A program made the translations under genes and the position numbers. Below, piece after piece: positions 24,337 through 25,217 of a DNA stretch of 25,217 nucleotides. The notes under the pieces were generated by a model. That model saw nothing but the letters and a program-made list of their open reading frames with translations, was not told the DNA's origin and made no database searches. Source of the DNA: a bacterium (GTDB lineage Bacteria; Desulfobacterota; DSWW01); contig JBFLZG010000134.1 in NCBI GenBank assembly GCA_040756235.1, positions 65,519 to 90,735 of the forward strand, given 5' to 3'. Each line of letters begins with the position of its first letter. Positions within the stretch are counted from its first letter, which is position 1.

Positions 24337-25098
24337 ATGAGCATACGAATACCGGAATCGGCGCCGGGGCAGGAGGCGGCGTTCGTGGCGGGCGCAACCG
24401 GTTTCACGGGGCGCGAGGTCGTCCGTTCGCTCGTCGCACGCGGCATCCGGGCCATCGCGCACGTGCGGCCGGATTCGCCCCGGTTGGAGGAGTGGAGGGA
24501 ACGCTTGCGGAATATGGGCGCCGGCGTGGACACCACCGTATGGGAGGAAAGCGCGATGGCGGCCACGCTCTCGCGGCTCGGCCCTGCGTTCGTGTTTGCT
24601 CTGCTGGGAACCACCCGGGCCCGTGTCAGAGGCGTCCGCCGCGCCGGCGGAGACCCGGCCAGGCAGAGCTACGAGGCGGTCGATTACGGCCTCACGGCCC
24701 TCCTCATTCGCGCCGCCAAAGCTTCAGGGGCCGTGCGCCGATTCGTCTATCTCTCCGCTACGGGCACGCAGGCCGGGTCCCGGTCGGCTTACTACGGGGC
24801 GCGTTGGAAGACCGAGGAGTTGCTCCGCTCGAGCGGCCTGCCTTTCACGATCGCGCGGCCCTCCTTCATTGCAGGCCCCGGCCGGGAGGATTCGAGGCTC
24901 CTGGAGCGGGCGGGCATCGTGGCTGCAGACGGCCTGCTCTCGGCTCTGGCCCCCCTGGGCGGCCGGAAGCTCAGGGAGCGCTACGCGTCCATGACCAACA
25001 CCGAGCTTGCCGGGGCCCTCACGCGCCTGGCTCTGGACCCGGCCGCGGAAAACCGCATCCTCGAGCCCGACGCACTCCGGAAGGCGGCCGTCCCGTGA
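24337..25098 (+). CDS. Atypical SDR / NAD(P)H-binding Rossmann-fold protein (TIP30/YraR-like), 253 aa
   Basis: FVAGATGFTG, LLGTT, VDYGLT, RRFVYLS..G, Y...RW..E, TIARPS.I.G. Confidence 0.85.
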   Translation: MSIRIPESAPGQEAAFVAGATGFTGREVVRSLVARGIRAIAHVRPDSPRLEEWRERLRNMGAGVDTTVWEESAMAATLSRLGPAFVFALLGTTRARVRGVRRAGGDPARQSYEAVDYGLTALLIRAAKASGAVRRFVYLSATGTQAGSRSAYYGARWKTEELLRSSGLPFTIARPSFIAGPGREDSRLLERAGIVAADGLLSALAPLGGRKLRERYASMTNTELAGALTRLALDPAAENRILEPDALRKAAVP

Positions 25099-25154
25099 GG
25101 AGCTGAGGCGAGACCGGCTCAGCACACCGGCTCGTGAATCCCGTAACGGATTCT

Positions 25155-25182
25155 GTTGGGGCGTATGGCCATCCGCCCCTGC
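25155..25182. repeat. GTAG-type REP-like palindrome near the window end
   Basis: GTTGGGGCGTATGGCCATCCGCCCCTGC, same family as 15056-15083. Confidence 0.55.
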
Positions 25183-25217
25183 GCAGCCGCGACGTGGTGC
25201 CCGACATCAATTATCGG

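Overview
GC-rich bacterial DNA, probably from an anaerobic deltaproteobacterial (Desulfobacterota-like) genome; the taxonomy is inferred from gene content only. (1) 132-2066, minus strand: an AT-richer block that looks like an integron cassette array with no integrase in the window. It has a sigma70-type promoter, an attI-like site, a 409-aa PD-(D/E)xK nuclease cassette, a well-formed attC (662-722), and a DUF4160/DUF2442 putative toxin-antitoxin cassette ending in a decayed attC half-site. (2) 2213-14970: a PAS-containing sigma54 activator transcribed divergently from a sigma54 promoter. The promoter precedes tmcD-tmcC-tmcB-hmcA(16 haems)-hmcB-hmcC-hmcD, a hybrid Tmc/Hmc membrane electron-transfer operon lacking tmcA and hmcEF. 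Two paralogous Cys-PAS histidine kinases and two stand-alone receivers follow. (3) 15.3-25.2 kb: a Cys-rich hypothetical protein, a tocopherol-cyclase-like protein, a lipoprotein cyclophilin, a GNAT, a secreted metzincin and an atypical SDR. This part also holds three apparently catalytically dead signalling proteins: a membrane pseudokinase flanked by 16-bp inverted repeats, a Cache-like sensor with no output domain, and a pseudo-receiver-TPR protein. Several intergenic spaces contain nested REP/MITE-like palindromes. No rRNA, tRNA, CRISPR array, transposase or integrase was seen. All family assignments come from motif recognition, not database searches.
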